Below, piece by piece: positions 1 to 13,183 of a DNA stretch of 64,000 nucleotides. Within the stretch, counting starts at the first letter, position 1. The number at the start of each line of letters is the position of its first letter. The DNA is from Negaprion brevirostris (Eukaryota), in contig JARDVH010000042.1 of the NCBI GenBank assembly GCA_030324005.1, positions 48,719,185 through 48,783,184 on the forward strand. The letters run 5' to 3'. The notes under the pieces were generated by a model, which was not told the origin of the DNA, did no database searches, and worked only from the letters and a program-made list of their open reading frames with translations. The position numbers were made by a program, and so were the translations under genes.

Positions 1-60
1 AATGAATGCTGCTGCCTTTCCAAACCAGACCTAGTGCATGTATAGATGTAGCAGAGGAAT

Positions 61-1187
61 GGGCTGAATCACAATGGTTGGTGAGGGAGGGGGGGTTTCT
101 CCAGGTCCACTAGCACCCAGCGAGTATTGTGATGGCCCAGAGAATTGAGTGTTGGCGGAAAAATGGGATTCCCGCTGGTCGCCAATCCCATTGCGACTCT
201 CCCAGTACAAGCTGCCGGCCCCAATCGGGTTTCTGCCCAAAATAATGCACAACTTTAAATATAATTAGTGGCACTTGAAGCTTGTTTCAAACAGCTACAG
301 CTAATCACCACTCCTCGGTAGGATCTACAGTGGGTGGGCTTTTGTAAAGGTCACAAGTGAAGACCTGGTGTGTTGGTCCCTGAGGGTCGAGGAAGCACAA
401 CCAAACTCTGAGCAATGGGAATCACCTTCCCCACACCATGCAGGCACGAGGTTTATCTAACCTGACTTCCCCCCTACCACCCCCACTCAGCTGCTCTTCT
501 TCCTTCGACCCCCCCACTTCCCCCGCAGTCTCCATGCAGGCCATGCACTTTAGCAGTGTCAATATTGCATTGCTCCGGCACCCTGGCACTGACATCCTGG
601 TCTGGCACTTTGGGGCCTGATGAGAGTCAAGGAAATAGATGCAGTACGATTTTCCCCTCTTCTACTGCCAGGCTGCAAAGAACGGATCTCTCATGGGTCC
701 TGGAGTTGGGTGAGCTCAGGCTGGGGAGGCAAAGAGTTGACCTTACCACTCTCTGCCAGGATGGGGGTGCTATGGCTGGACTGCCACTTTCAGCCCTGGA
801 AGATCTGAAGATTACACCTGGCATGGTGATTTCAGACAGCCCTGTGACCAATATCCATATTCCTGCCTGTCAGCTGTGCAAATTCTGAAGTGGCCAGATC
901 ACTTTAATCTCCATGCCCCCTTCCCCTCAGTCACCTGGCAGGTTTTAAAATCATTGCAGCCCTCCATTCTGCAGCATGGATTTCCCTTACTCCATGTCAG
1001 AACCTGCAGGTGAGAGCAGACCCCTTTGAAGTTCTCTGCGAGAGAGAGATATATATATTTTGTCTTGGGGTGAGGGGAGGGGTGTGTTCTGGTCTGCACA
1101 GCCGTGCATTCTGCCAGTGTATGCACACAGTTTTGATTTGAAGTTGCTGAGGCTTCCCAGCAAGCAGAAATCATTGAAATCCTCTCC
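61..1187. mobile_element. PIF/Harbinger-like non-autonomous DNA transposon
   Basis: Imperfect terminal inverted repeats gggctgaatcacaatg (61) / cattgaaatcctctcc (ends 1187), flanked by AAT/ATT. The GC-rich interior resembles other TIR elements in the window. Confidence 0.5.
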
Positions 1188-1767
1188 ATTGCACTTGAAG
1201 CTGATTTGTAGCAAATTTACCTTGTAGTGCCTCATAAAAGAATCAACTACCAGCTCAATGTATTTCTATCATCCTCCAGCCATCTGTGTTTATTTTATTT
1301 CTCTTCACGATTGAATGCATGTCAAGTACCTCACTGATCCTGACCGCAATGTTGATAGAGTCCAAGCCCAACTGACAGCTTGTGGCTTCACTTCCTCTTT
1401 TTCAAACTACTTCAACGCATTTTTGTGAAGCTGATTTTCATTTGCAATCATCACAAATTTCTTTACACCTTTTATTCCAGCCACCACTTTCCACCATCAA
1501 GAAGCAATATTCCACAGCATTCTACAAAAATTTATTCCACAACATTTTTTTAAGATATTGCCACAATTGTGTTTGGGGAACTTTGAATAGTCCATGACAC
1601 AGCTTCTCAGAACAGATTCAGAGAGTATGCTGATTTCTACCAAACGCACTGAGCCCCAGATAATGAAATGCAATTGTTTACCATTGTGCCACTAAAACTC
1701 AACTATCTTCAGATAACACAAAGTTATTATCTAACATTCCACATTGAGTATTAATAGTCATGCATGC

Positions 1768-2375
1768 CATCACTAAGACAACAATTTCCAGCTCTGTAAT
1801 ATTGCCCGATTTCACCCGTCTCACTTAATTTGCTGCTGAAATCCACATCCATGCCTTTTTTTTNNNNNNNNNNNNNNNNCCAGTGAACTCCTGGCTGGTC
1901 TCCCTCATTTTACACTCTGTGTACCTGAGGTCATTCAAAAACAATGTTTTAACTTGCAGCAAGTCCCATTTGCCTGTCATCTCTGTGCTCGTTGGACTAT
2001 GCTGGCTCCAGGTCAAGAAATGTTTTTGTTTTAAAATTGTTTCCAAATCCCTCCATGGTCTTACCACTCCTATTCACTGTAGCCTCCTCTCACCCCACCA
2101 CCATACAAGGTATCTGTGCTCCTCTAGTTCCAGTCTTTTGTGCATCTGCAATTTTAATTGCTGCACCATTTGTGACTTTAGCATTAGTTGCTTAGGCCCC
2201 GAGCTCAGGAATACCCTCCCTATACTCTTCTCCACCTTAGTTTTCTCCTTTAAGGCACACATTTAACCCTACCTCTTTGAACTTGTGGTTATCTGACCTA
2301 ATATCTCCTATGTGGTCAAATTAAATCATAGTTTGTTTCAAAATGCTCCTATGAATTGCCTTGGGGCAGTTCATT
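1768..2375 (+). mobile_element. L2-clade LINE, 3' fragment
   Basis: Decayed L2 ORF2 C-terminus (ISVLVGLCWLQVKKCFCFKIVSKSLHGL vs typical ITPVLASLHWLPVxxRIxFKILxLVFKSLHGL) followed by a 3' UTR. Homologous to 27190-27660 and, inverted, to 16090-16770. Confidence 0.8.
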
Positions 2376-2892
2376 AGCTCAGATGAGATCCATTACCGGT
2401 AAGCGCCGATTCTCATCAGCATCATTAGCAGAGGGGGCAACAAAAACAGGAGGGCGAAGTTGTAAGACAAGAAATAAAAGCATCTAAAATGAGGATGACA
2501 AACCTCCATGGACAAATTGAGAGTAGCAAGTCATTAGTGATAGCAGAGAGCCATAAATCAGTAGTCATAATTTACCACACTTTCCACAAAACTAATACAA
2601 TTGAGCAGGTGCAATATAGGCCCTCGGGTATGAATCTGTCAGTGGGGCCTTGTAGTTGTGCTGACAATATATTGTGAGTGGTTGGCATCCAATTAGTGAT
2701 ACTCATTCCAGTGTGAATAATACATGGGTATCTGTATATTCATGTTGTGTTCATTTCCCTACTGCATTGCCCTCCGCCATTACATAGTTCACTATCTTTC
2801 AAAAATGACAGAAATTACACATTGGAAAGAATGAAAAAATCTATGCAAAGGTTATGATTTAGTTACAAATCCTTCAGTTTATCTGAGGACTA

Positions 2893-3399
2893 TCATAGAA
2901 TCATAGAGATTATAGAAACCCGACAGGGCGGAAGGAGGCCATTTGGCCCATCGAGTTTGCACCGACAACAATCCCATCGAGGTCCTATCCCTGTAATCCC
3001 ACACATTTACCACACCAATCCCTTGAACCTATGCATCCCACGACACTAAGGGGCAGTTTAGCATGGCCAATGTACCTAATCAGCACATCTTTGGAGTGTG
3101 GAAGGAAACTGGACCACCCAAAAGAAAATCCACACAGACATGGGGAGACCGTGCAAACTCCACACAGACAGTGACCCAAGCCAGGAATTGAACCCAGGTC
3201 TCTGGTGCTGTNNNNNNNNNNNNNNNNNNNNNNNNNNNNNNNNNNNNNNNNNNNNNNNNNNNNNNNNNNNNNNNNNNNNNNNNNNNNNNNNNNNNNNNNN
3301 NNNNNNNNNNNACACAGACAGTGACCCAAGCCAGGAATTGAACCCAGGTCTCTGGTGCTGTGAGGCAGCAGTGCTAACCACTGTGCCATTGTGCTGTTC
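2893..3399 (-). mobile_element. HE1-type V-SINE with CR1-derived tail (spans an assembly gap)
   Basis: Minus strand: tRNA-like head TGGCACAGTGGTTAGCACTGCTGCCTCACAGC..GGTTCAATTCC, V-domain GTGTGGAGTTTGCAC..GTGTGGATTTTC, tail GGGCCAAATGGCCTCC plus (TCTATGAT)n-like repeats. Confidence 0.9.
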
Positions 3400-3975
3400 A
3401 TCTGGTGAGGTTCACCTCATACAAGACTCGAGAGCCTCACTGCAAGAGGCCTTTACCCCGACAGAAAATCCTGCACACCCCGCGGCAGAACCTCACAAAA
3501 CAGTTCTGGATAAAATTCCCATGACCAATTACCTTGATTTTTATATGTATTGTAACCACTGTCACTTAAGATGGTTGTTTGTGCTTGATTCGTTGCTCAC
3601 TTGTGTTCTAAAGTTATGCCATATCATGTGCTTTACTGTTCCGAACAGACACTAATTTCAAGTCCGGAAATACATTTATAAATTTGATTCCATCAGCTTC
3701 TCGCAGTAGATTTGACCAGTTAAGCCTGTAATTGAGGTCCATTCTAAGTATGAGCTTAGTTATTAGAATGTGAACACGCTCTCATTTGTTCCTCATTAGT
3801 ATTTCCATGATGCTTTTCCTCGTACATCAATCTTTAATTACAGAGCTATAAAATCTCATTTGGCACAGCACAAAATGTTGCACATAAACACAGCACAGCT
3901 GAAAGCACTCTCACATTGATGAAGTATCTCTCAGATAGGTATAATTTCAGGACAGTCAAAAATATTTCACACTCT

Positions 3976-4775
3976 GGCAATGATTTTGCACCCGTGTAAG
4001 GCATGAGTGTGAACAGCGATGTGGGCACAAGAATGAGAAAATGAGATTCTTGTTAGCAAGTTCCCATTCTCTGATTTTCCCCACTCTCAGCCGATTATAT
4101 AATTTCTGCCCTTCATTTAAGCATACTTTAATACATTTTAACACAATAAGCGGGCTTCCATGCCTGTGATTTCCCACATTTAGAATTCCCTGGCGAGGTT
4201 TACAACTGTTTTTGAAAAACGTTGAGCAGTCAAGGGAAATCTGCCAGGAGTGCACAGGGAAGTATATCCCCCAAGGGAAAAGACACTACCTACAAAGTCT
4301 GGCACTGCTTATAGCATTACCACTTAGCACTGTCCCTGAGCAGTGCCACTCTTCTGGAGAACTCCAATGAAATATTTCCCTAGTTTTTTCAGGTTGGGGA
4401 GAGGAGTTTTCCTTATCCATGGGAAGCAGGGCATTGCCCCGTGCTTGTATGGGATGATGAGGGGGAGAGTTGTATCCATGTGTGTAGTGGTAGCCTGGGG
4501 GGGGGGGGGTGGGGGGGGGTGGGGGGACGCGGGCCGTTGGGGTCGGGGAGAGTATTTTTTTTGCAGCACAGATCAGGGCACCCTTTAAAATGGTACCTTT
4601 ATCTCTGTGGAACCAGCATTGCCAGCTCTATTGGGCCCTGCCCCATCAGCAGGATGGCCAAAACCACATCTCCAGAGTGCCAGAATATCTGGAGAGAGTA
4701 CTCGACTGTGTAGTTGGAGATCTACATGCCAGTTTTTTCACCTCAGCCAGGACTCTGTGCACCAAAATTCTGCCC
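3976..4775. mobile_element. PIF/Harbinger-like non-autonomous element
   Basis: Termini ggcaatgattttg / caaaattctgccc with flanks TCT/TCC. Internal poly-G tract at about 4497-4526. Confidence 0.55.
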
Positions 4776-4904
4776 TCCATCTGCAACTTGGGAAAACTGT
4801 GTTGCTCAGGAGGAACGAGAGGAAAGGTCAGAGGTGTAATAACCATAGTAGTTAAAATACATCAATAATAACCTAGAATATTTAATGACGCAGCATCTGA
4901 TTTC

Positions 4905-4968
4905 CAGGCAAACACCAACACAGAGTGGTTGGGCCAAATGGCCTGATTCTGTGTCATAACTTTTAGAT
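4905..4968 (+). mobile_element. CR1/HE1-type 3' tail remnant
   Basis: gttgggccaaatggcctgattctgtgtc matches the CR1/HE1 3' stem-loop tail seen elsewhere in the window. Confidence 0.55.
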
Positions 4969-6079
4969 AACAATGTTCAATTTCCTTTGATTAGGTCAGT
5001 TTTAGAAAGGCATTTCTCAGTTTGACGTGCAACAATTAGATAGCCTCTCTGGAGCCAATATGAGAAAACACTGCATTGTTAGTGACTCTTAAAGACAGAG
5101 CACTGAATAAACTCAAGTGCAAGGCTTTTGTTAATTTCCTATATCATTTAAATACCAGCTCCATTTCACTTTAGGAGGGCTTATATTTTGTGTTTCCAAC
5201 ATCAGCAGCAATAAAAATAAGGAACCAACAAAAAATATGCTGATGCTATGAAACTACCTTCTGCAGAGATATTCAGCCCTTCTCTTGATATCTCTTTGCT
5301 CCATTGAAAGGAAATGTAAAATTTTGTGGCAATTTTCTTACAACACCTGGAGCACTTATTCAAACGCTACTGTGTGTTCCAGGTATGATATTCAGTACAT
5401 ATGGGCATATCTTTCCACAGTGAATAGCTCACTGTAAGCAACTCTTTATTATTTAGCATGTAGAAATCTACATATATGTCTAATATCTCTCATGCTACTA
5501 CTGGTATCAGATGTTCGGCTTAGCTTTGTTTATACAGCTGCTTTGCCAATCTCACAGACCAAGCAACTGCAAATGCACGATGCGCCGTATTAGTCAGTCA
5601 CTGAACAGTGATGGTTCCTTGGTCTATTTTGGCTTATTTCTAAATATTCATGTCCAAACATTTGGCACAGATAAGATAGCTCAAATTGGAATAGAAATTA
5701 TTAACCTCTGCAGTTGATAATCTAAATTCAACTAAAATTTCTCAGCTACACCTGTGAATGAGAAGCACAGCTTTAAGAATTTCAGTAGTAAAGACACAAA
5801 AGCGATTCTTCCCACACCTTAGATGAGTACAAATTTCTTGTATTTTCCCTCACTGTTCGAATATCGTCATATCAATAAAATGGCAAACTGGATGTGAATA
5901 CGAATAGCTTTTCGAATCTCTTCTTCCAATCTGTGTGAAAAGCCTTGTGGGCAGGTCCCACATTAAAGTATTCCTATTTGAACGTGCACCTACTTTCATT
6001 TGAATTATTAGCCCAGGTAGTGAGACAAGTAACAGCTATTTGCAATATCAACAGTTTTATAAAGTCCCCAACATATGGA

Positions 6080-6995
6080 ATGTGGTACCCCACAAGGCTT
6101 TGTCCTCAGCTCTCTACTATACTCTCTATGCATCTATCAATTTTCAAGTTTGCTGATGACAGCAGCGCAGTGGGTCAGATTTCAAACAATGACGAGACAG
6201 AGCACAGGAAAGAGATAGAGAATCTGGTGAACTGATGCGACAACAACAATCTCTCAATGTCAACAAAACGAAGGAGATAGTCACCAACTTCAGGAAGCAT
6301 AGTGGGGAACATGCCCCTGTCTACATCAATGGGGATGAAGTAGAAATGGTTGAGAACTTTGTGTCTTTTCGGTGTCCAGATCACCAACAACCTGTCCTGG
6401 TCCCCCATTTGACACGTTAGTTACAAAAAATGACCAACGCATCTACTTAGAAAACTAAAGACATTTGGCATCTCAGCTATGACTCACCAACTTTTACAGA
6501 TGCACCATAGAAAGTTTTCTTTCTGGTTGCATCACAGTTTGGTATGGCTCCTGCTTTACACAAAAACGCAAGAAACTATAAAAGGTTGTGAATGTAGCCA
6601 AATCCATCATGTAAACCAGTCTCACATCCATTGACCCTGTCAACACTTCCTACTGCTTCGGAAAAGCAGCCAGCATAATTAAAGACCCCACATACCCAGG
6701 ACATATTCTCTTCCATCTTCTTCCGTTGGGAAGAAGATACAAATGTCTGAGATCACTTACCAGCCGACTCAAGAACAACTTTGTCCCTGCTGCTATCAGA
6801 CTTTTGAATGGACCTACCTTGCATTAAGTTGACCCTTCTCTACACCCTAGCTATGACTGTAACACTACATTCTGCACTCTCTCCTTTCATTCCCTATGAA
6901 CGGTATGCTTTGTCTGTACAGCATGCAGGAAATAATACCTTTCACTGAATACTAATACATGTGACAATAATAAATTGAATCAAACCAAATCAATA
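6080..6995 (+). mobile_element. Rex1/Babar-clade LINE, 5'-truncated, decayed reverse transcriptase plus 3' tail
   Basis: Frameshifted RT peptides PQGFVLSSLLYSL, KFADDSSAVGQISNNDETEHRKEIENLVN and LNVNKTKEIVTNFRKHSGEHAPVYINGDEVEMVENF are typical of Rex1/Babar. Ends with tacatgtgacaataataaa plus aatca-like repeats. Confidence 0.85.
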
Positions 6996-7364
6996 GAAAC
7001 ATTTATAATTAGTATTGTGACATCTATCACAAATGCCAATCCTTTCTCTGACATTCAAGACCATTCAGATGTGTAATGCAATTCTACAATTATTTAGAAT
7101 TCAAACAGGAAATAACTCTTCAGTAAGATAAGCTATCATTTAGGGATAAAGAGAATGTGGATAAATATGACAGGCAGTAAATTCCCTCTAATTTTTTACA
7201 ATTTAATACATGAGCACTTCTTCCAATCATTAGTAAGGTTATTGAAACGCAATTGCTCTTCAGTAGCATGTTGAACTTAGTTCAACTGTTGCATTACTGA
7301 TTTAGCATATCTAAGCTGATGTCTTTTCAATCTGTATTTTGAGTTCTTTTCAGCAACTCATTGA

Positions 7365-7580
7365 CTTAGGTTGGTTAGCTGAGTTTGCTGGACAGCTGGT
7401 TTGTGATGCAGAGTGACACGAACAGCGCAGGTTCAATTCCCACACCTGCTGAGCTTATTCATAAAGGCACCACCTTCTTAACCTTTCCCTTCACCTGAGG
7501 TGTGGTGATCCTCAGGTTAAATCACCTGAAAGGGGAGAGCAGCCTGTGGTCATCTGGGACGATGGCAACTTCACCTTTCA
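7365..7580 (+). mobile_element. tRNA-derived SINE (family not assigned)
   Basis: Pol III A-box-like ttagctgagtttgc and B-box ggttcaattccc, an internal hairpin cctgagg..cctcagg, and no tRNA acceptor-stem closure. Confidence 0.6.
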
Positions 7581-8058
7581 ATGCTGCTAGCAAGGTATTG
7601 GTGATGTCCCTTTACATAAATAAACTGTGCAGTTTAAGCTAACCAATGCAAAAGTTCACCAGCATATGTACCTTGGAGAATAGATTGTAACATCACACCT
7701 ATGAAATATATTTGCTGAGTTTTCATCCATAGCTTGCAATGTATGTGGAGAACTCCAGCAGAGAGATTTCCCCATTGAGAAGAGGAGGGATCAGGCTACT
7801 GTTGTAGACTTTAATGGCCAGACTTCTGAACCAACAGGCAGATTTCTTTGATCACCCAATCCACCATTTATTACAGGAAGACTAAGAAGGATAGGCTTGA
7901 AGAAAAATATTCTTATTAAAAACAGATAAATATCTGTTTACATTTGTGATAACATTTGACCCACAGACAGTAACAGTAAGGAAAATTTGCAATTACTTTA
8001 AACTGTTTGGGGAATTTGTCATTATTTTATTAAAAATGCTCGAAACTGCTGCTAACGT

Positions 8059-8710
8059 TGTAATGAGATCAATTGTAATGGTTGGATAAGAAGAAATACT
8101 GATCTATGTGACTTGATGACTCTTGGCCAGGGAGTGGTGCCCGCAGGAGGAAGTTAAAATTTGAAAGTCATGTGGGATCAGTATTGTAGCAGGGAAGGTA
8201 CATTTACAAGAAGATGTGTGTGTGTATAATACAGTTTAAAGGACAGAAAGCTGAAGATAGGGATCAAACAGAGATCACGAACTGGACTATTCTACTGCTG
8301 CTGCTTCAGTTTTGCCAGAGCCAACCAGACTATTTAACTGGGTTTATTAGAAGAGTCAGATAAATGAGTCTCTGGGGAACATGAGCTATCAAGACTAGTG
8401 TCAACAACTCAAGCAAAGGAAGTTCTGCAGGAGCGTGTTGTTTGATTGACTGGATTTGTGAAGGGAGTGATGTGAGTGCTTGTAATTCCATGAAGTGTAT
8501 CTTTGTTGAATCAGCTATTTAAAGTGAAACTCATTTTAATGAGTGAAGTACTATTTGTCTCTTAATTCATGGTCAATTAACGTTATTTCTGATTTGTGTC
8601 ATAATAAAAGTTACAAGAAGTTTAATTTTTTTTGCATCAGTTTCTTCACTTGAAGGTAGTTCAGTAGATGTGATTCTTTTGGATGATGGATTCCCATGGG
8701 GAACAATACA
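8059..8710 (+). mobile_element. Possible solo LTR
   Basis: Begins TGTAATG and ends ATACA, with a TATA-like element near 8225 and AATAAA near 8603. No clean TSD found. Confidence 0.3.
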
Positions 8711-8754
8711 ATTTACAGATATAATTCACAGGCTTTGATAGATCAGTGAATCAG

Positions 8755-9720
8755 ACAAAATATAGTAGAGAAGGAGGCAACTGTGCCCAACACAACTGTG
8801 AAGATACCAAAGCTAACTTAAAAAACAAACCTTCTACTGAATCTTGTTTCTCTGCTCTTTCCTTATATGATTTTATATTCGTTCCTTTCAGATAATTTTA
8901 ATTTATATTATAAATTCCTTCTCAGTAGCCCCATGCAATGTAATGCAAGTCCTAATAACCCAATCTTAGAAAAAAGTTTCTTTTACCTTTCTCCTTCGTT
9001 CTTCTTAAGTGGTGACTGTCAATCTTTGGCCCCTTTGTTACCAGTTGGCCAAGCAATTGGACAATCTTGCCATGTACATCCTCTCAAAGTCTTCTAAATT
9101 TCTTTAAAAAGTCATTAATTGATCACTCTTCTTTATTGCCCAAATGTTCAACCCAAATGAGATTGCCCAAATGTTCAACCTTTTCTTCATAACCATAACC
9201 TCTGGAATATCTGGAACAATTTTTTGAAACTTCACCATATACTGCCAGTGACTCTAATAGCTGTTAAAATTGGTTGTTTTGAACTGTATGCAATATACAA
9301 CTGAGATAAACCAATATCTTATACAAAATGATAATCACATTATCGTTTATATGTTCAGTGCTCTATTGCTTTTGCACTTTTTGATCCTTTTGGTTTATTT
9401 TTATATTTGTTCTTTTATTTTTATTAATGATTATGATTCAGTTGAGACTCCAATTCTTGCCATCAAATGTGATCCATTAGATCAGATTAAACTAAAGCTT
9501 AGGACTATAACATATTTCTCTCATCCTTGCTTCTTCATTCATGTCATTTATTCTCCTACTCATTTTACCCTAAGTGCTCTCTGGTCTTCAGATCTTAACC
9601 TAGATATTTCAATTAAAAGTAGAACAACTATTTGATGTAAAATGATGGGCAAGGCATCCAGTCGCACTGTGTCACAGAACACACCTAAGTTCATTTCTAA
9701 AGTCAGTCTGTATTGCCCAT
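8755..9720 (-). mobile_element. Highly degraded CR1 LINE fragment
   Basis: Reverse-complement CR1 tail-like agaaggaggcaactgtgccc at about 8770, and degenerate RT-region motifs at about 9200-9305 and 9630-9690. Confidence 0.5.
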
Positions 9721-12714
9721 CATTCCTGCATGACTCGGTCTGGAACATGTTGATTTGGTGCAATATTGACATCCCACAGACTAACCAGCTCATATTACAC
9801 TCGGATTCCAAATTTGGGAAATGCATGTGTAGGCAATGTCCTTATTGTCTACTCATAAAAAGAAGCGTAAAGCTGTAAGGTGTGCCCTGTACTAGTGTTA
9901 ATTAAAATGCTAGGCACCCTTATTGAGGCAAGTTAAAATTTTGGAACTCCTGCCATTGTAAAGTGTCATAACGGTCCCTGGATTGTTTTCCAATTGTTTT
10001 TGTTAAGCTCTTGCATTTTTCTTATAGAGCATGGCCACATCCTCACCGTGTCAGCAGCAATTGGTCTGCACTACAACAAGAAGATGGAGCAAAGGCTGTT
10101 ATAATGAAAGATGCATATTTTTATATTGTTGTGATTATGTTTTCTATGTAGTTAAAGGAAACTGTATTTGTGAGTGCACGTGTGTATGTGTGACCAGGAG
10201 GAAGGTTACTAGAGATAGGTTGTCTATGAGGTCTAAGTGGTAAAAGGTTAAAGGTATTTGGTTTGTAATGAAAGGTTATAGTGGGCTTGAGTTACAAATA
10301 GGTTGGATCTGAAATCTGCATTATAAGATAACTGGGGGAATTGTTTTTTCAGTTGTTGAATTTCAAATAAGAGTCCAGAGGTAACAAAGAAAATTTGCAT
10401 CTTACAAGGGTTCCATGAGTAAATAGCGAAGGTATATTAAATGTTATTGACCGAAATGTAGAAGCAAAATAGAAAAATTGAAAGGTCTTTATGTTCGTAG
10501 AAGTTGAGTTCCAAGAAGTGGTGAAGAATAATGGAACTGAGATGAAACAGGAAAAATATTAAGGAAAGAGATGTTTCATTGATTGGAGTTGCTCTACGGG
10601 AAGCATCCTGAAGACCCAGTTACTTTGTACGGGATGCTGAGAAGCTATGGAAGTTTTGAATTGGAGGCAGTCACTCAGTGTTAAGCCAGGAGAGTCTTTG
10701 TTTTAGGAAACAGTTTATTTCTGAACCTCCTGAAATAATTTATATTGCACACAAATAGTTGTCTTTCAAAAGTAACAGGTTTCCCTGTACAACAAGGTCT
10801 GCAACAGCAACATTCCTGAGGCCTCCTGCTGTGTGCAGAGCTTACTGACATCATTCAGGAGCAGAGAGTAGTACTGGAGGTGAACTAGCTGGTGTCATAA
10901 GCATCCAGGTGAGGTAAGTAAATATATGTGACACATTGTCCACCTCAATCTGAACAGGCACAGCGATGCCATGTACTGTGGTTCCTGCGCATCAAAATCA
11001 GGGCAACTCTATTTCCTGCCTTCTTGCATGAATATAACAAAGATACCGCTCATTTCAGAATCTCATTAAGAGGATGGCACTTACTCAGAGTTTAGTTACA
11101 TCACTGATTCAATTACTTAGGCTATGAAGTTAAAACATGAGTTAATTCTATGATCCAAAGTATGAAATACATGCAACCATCACGTAAAGCCAATTAACAT
11201 AATAACAATACATATCAAAGTCAAACACCCCTGCTTGACAATGAATTATGATCTAACATCTAAACAACAAGCATTTGTTAACAACACACAAGGGACCATT
11301 TAAAACAAAAGTAAGGCTTCAGTTTTACACACCGCATATGAAGTAGACAAGTAGCATTGTAAAATCAAGCAGTTAACAAATATCTATTTTAATTGATAGC
11401 GTGACACAAAATCTCTCCAGAGAACAACAAAATCAAGGAAACTTTAATTTAGGAATGATATTTAAATGAGTACGTGTTTTCATGTAGAAGTTAACAGCTT
11501 GTGATAGGACTTGAATTCAATTCCCAGGTAGATGTCACGTCTGTATTGTGAACCCCCTTCAAACTTCTTTTGATAAGGTTACATTGAAAACAGATTTTTT
11601 AAAAAGTATACAAATATGACTGTGTAGAAATGGTTCCTGCAAATGTAAAGACGCTTCTGCTTTGACACAACACTACTAAAATTTTACTGCAAGCGTTCTC
11701 TTTTTTATTCGTACGAAGTCTCTCGATGAAACGCATCTTCTCATGCCAAAAAGACAAATTGGAGATTGCTATTGAGCCTATTATATAACCTGTTGCTTGA
11801 GGGTTAACCGTATTCCAATGTTACCTCCATCACTATATAAAAAGACAGATTATTCACATCAGAAATGCATGAGCAAATCTGAGCTCCTCACATTCCAATA
11901 TTCCTCATCATTGCCATCCTCCTCAACTCCAGACAGAATCACAAATTGGGAACTTGCACTTTCAGAAAGGGAATGATTGTGCTGCCACAGCACCTATACT
12001 CATCTTTCTGACAGCCTCCTTCAAAAAATCTGAACTGCAGCAAATGTTTTCACCTGAAAGATAAAACTTATTATTGCATCTGTGGAGCTGACATCACCCC
12101 TCACCCTCCCCACAAAGAACTGTAAAGGCATTTTTATGTTTGACAATATTTGGTTAAGCACATCATGGAATTTATGTAAGGTTGTTGCCAAAGATCACCA
12201 TCTTTCAGAACATGTTTCAACTATTCTCCATTCTGCTCGGTGCATTCCTTCTGACTCGACAGTGCAGCTGAATATTTTGTCATTAAAACTTTCTTTTTAG
12301 GGTTAACAGTCCATTCTCAGGTTGATGGGGTAGATGGCTACCTTGTATACTTGCATTCATCCTGCAGGTTGATGTTATGATATGTATGCAAAGGCAATTT
12401 TTCAGTTTCAGAGAATTCGCTAGAATTTTGTGAGATTGGTAAAATTACTTTCACCTGGTGCGTCTGTACTATGTGATTATTTTGCCTGGGGCTGTGTTTA
12501 TTGTTGCAGTCTGATATTCTCCTTTCATCAAAATATGTTGTAAGTTTGAAAATAATATCCACACCACTGAGACCTTAGTTCCAGGATTAGAGTGGAAAAC
12601 TGGATTGTCCCTGTCTGAACCCAAGAACACAGGTAAAAGTAAAACTCTGTACTTTCAAACGAAGAACTACCGTAAGCATTTGATCCTAAGTTTCACATTA
12701 AAGAAACAATAAAG

Positions 12715-12925
12715 AAGAAGCACTATTCAAAAGATGAGCAGAGGAATTTTCCAAGGCCTCATGGTTAAGATTTACCCTTCGACCAATAACAGTAAAATCA
12801 TATTATTTGGCCATTATTTCATTGCAGCCTGTGGACCGTGCTGTTTACAAATTGGCTAGTGTTTCCAATATCACATTTCAAATGTACTTGATTGGTTTTA
12901 GAACATACTTCAACATTCAGAATGA
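12715..12925 (+). mobile_element. DeuSINE (SacSINE1/AmnSINE1-like) Deu-domain and tail fragment
   Basis: gatgagcagaggaattttcc..atttacccttcgacc..attatttggccattatttcattgc..caaattggct..ttcaaatgtacttgattgg follows the Deu-domain consensus. Homologous to 44095-44312 (-). Confidence 0.65.
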
Positions 12926-13032
12926 ATGATCAACTACAGCCCCCAAACTCAGAATAATGTGGCAATGATAGATAAACATGTGTGTCACAAATTCAAATTT
13001 TTTTATTACGCCGCAACTCAATATTTACTCAA

Positions 13033-13183
13033 ATATAAAGGCAAAATACTGCAAATGCTGGAATCTGAAACAAAAACAGAAAATGCTGGAAAATCTCAGC
13101 AGGTCTGACAGCATCCATGGGGGGAAAATACAACCAATGTTTCAAATCTAGATGATCCTTCATCAGAGCTGGATGACCCTTTG
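13033..13183 (-). mobile_element. Penelope-like element terminal-repeat fragment
   Basis: Same family as 48581-48821. Flanked by an imperfect direct repeat tcaatatttactcaa (13018-13032) / tcaatgttactcaa (13184-13197). Confidence 0.75.
13132..13170 (-). ncRNA. Degenerate minimal type I hammerhead ribozyme motif (Penelope-associated)
   Basis: Minus strand agct-CTGATGA-a-GGATC-atcta-GATTT-GAAA-cAtt-ggtt. Both core boxes are intact and helix II has 5 bp including G-U pairs. The helix III palindrome ACGT is mutated to ACAT. Confidence 0.55.

Noticed and set aside
3162-3361. 50-bp perfect direct repeat in the SINE
   Set aside because: The identical copies abut both sides of a 100-N gap, which indicates a contig-overlap artefact.
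4497-4548. G-rich tract, potential G-quadruplex
   Set aside because: Simple poly-G expansion inside a non-autonomous transposon, and homopolymer length is unreliable.
9135-9180. 19-bp direct repeat attgcccaaatgttcaacc
   Set aside because: Local slippage duplication within a decayed CR1.
10010-10110. Acceptor-like tttttcttatag followed by ATG
   Set aside because: No donor and no recognisable peptide in any frame. It runs into probable LTR-like sequence from about 10097.
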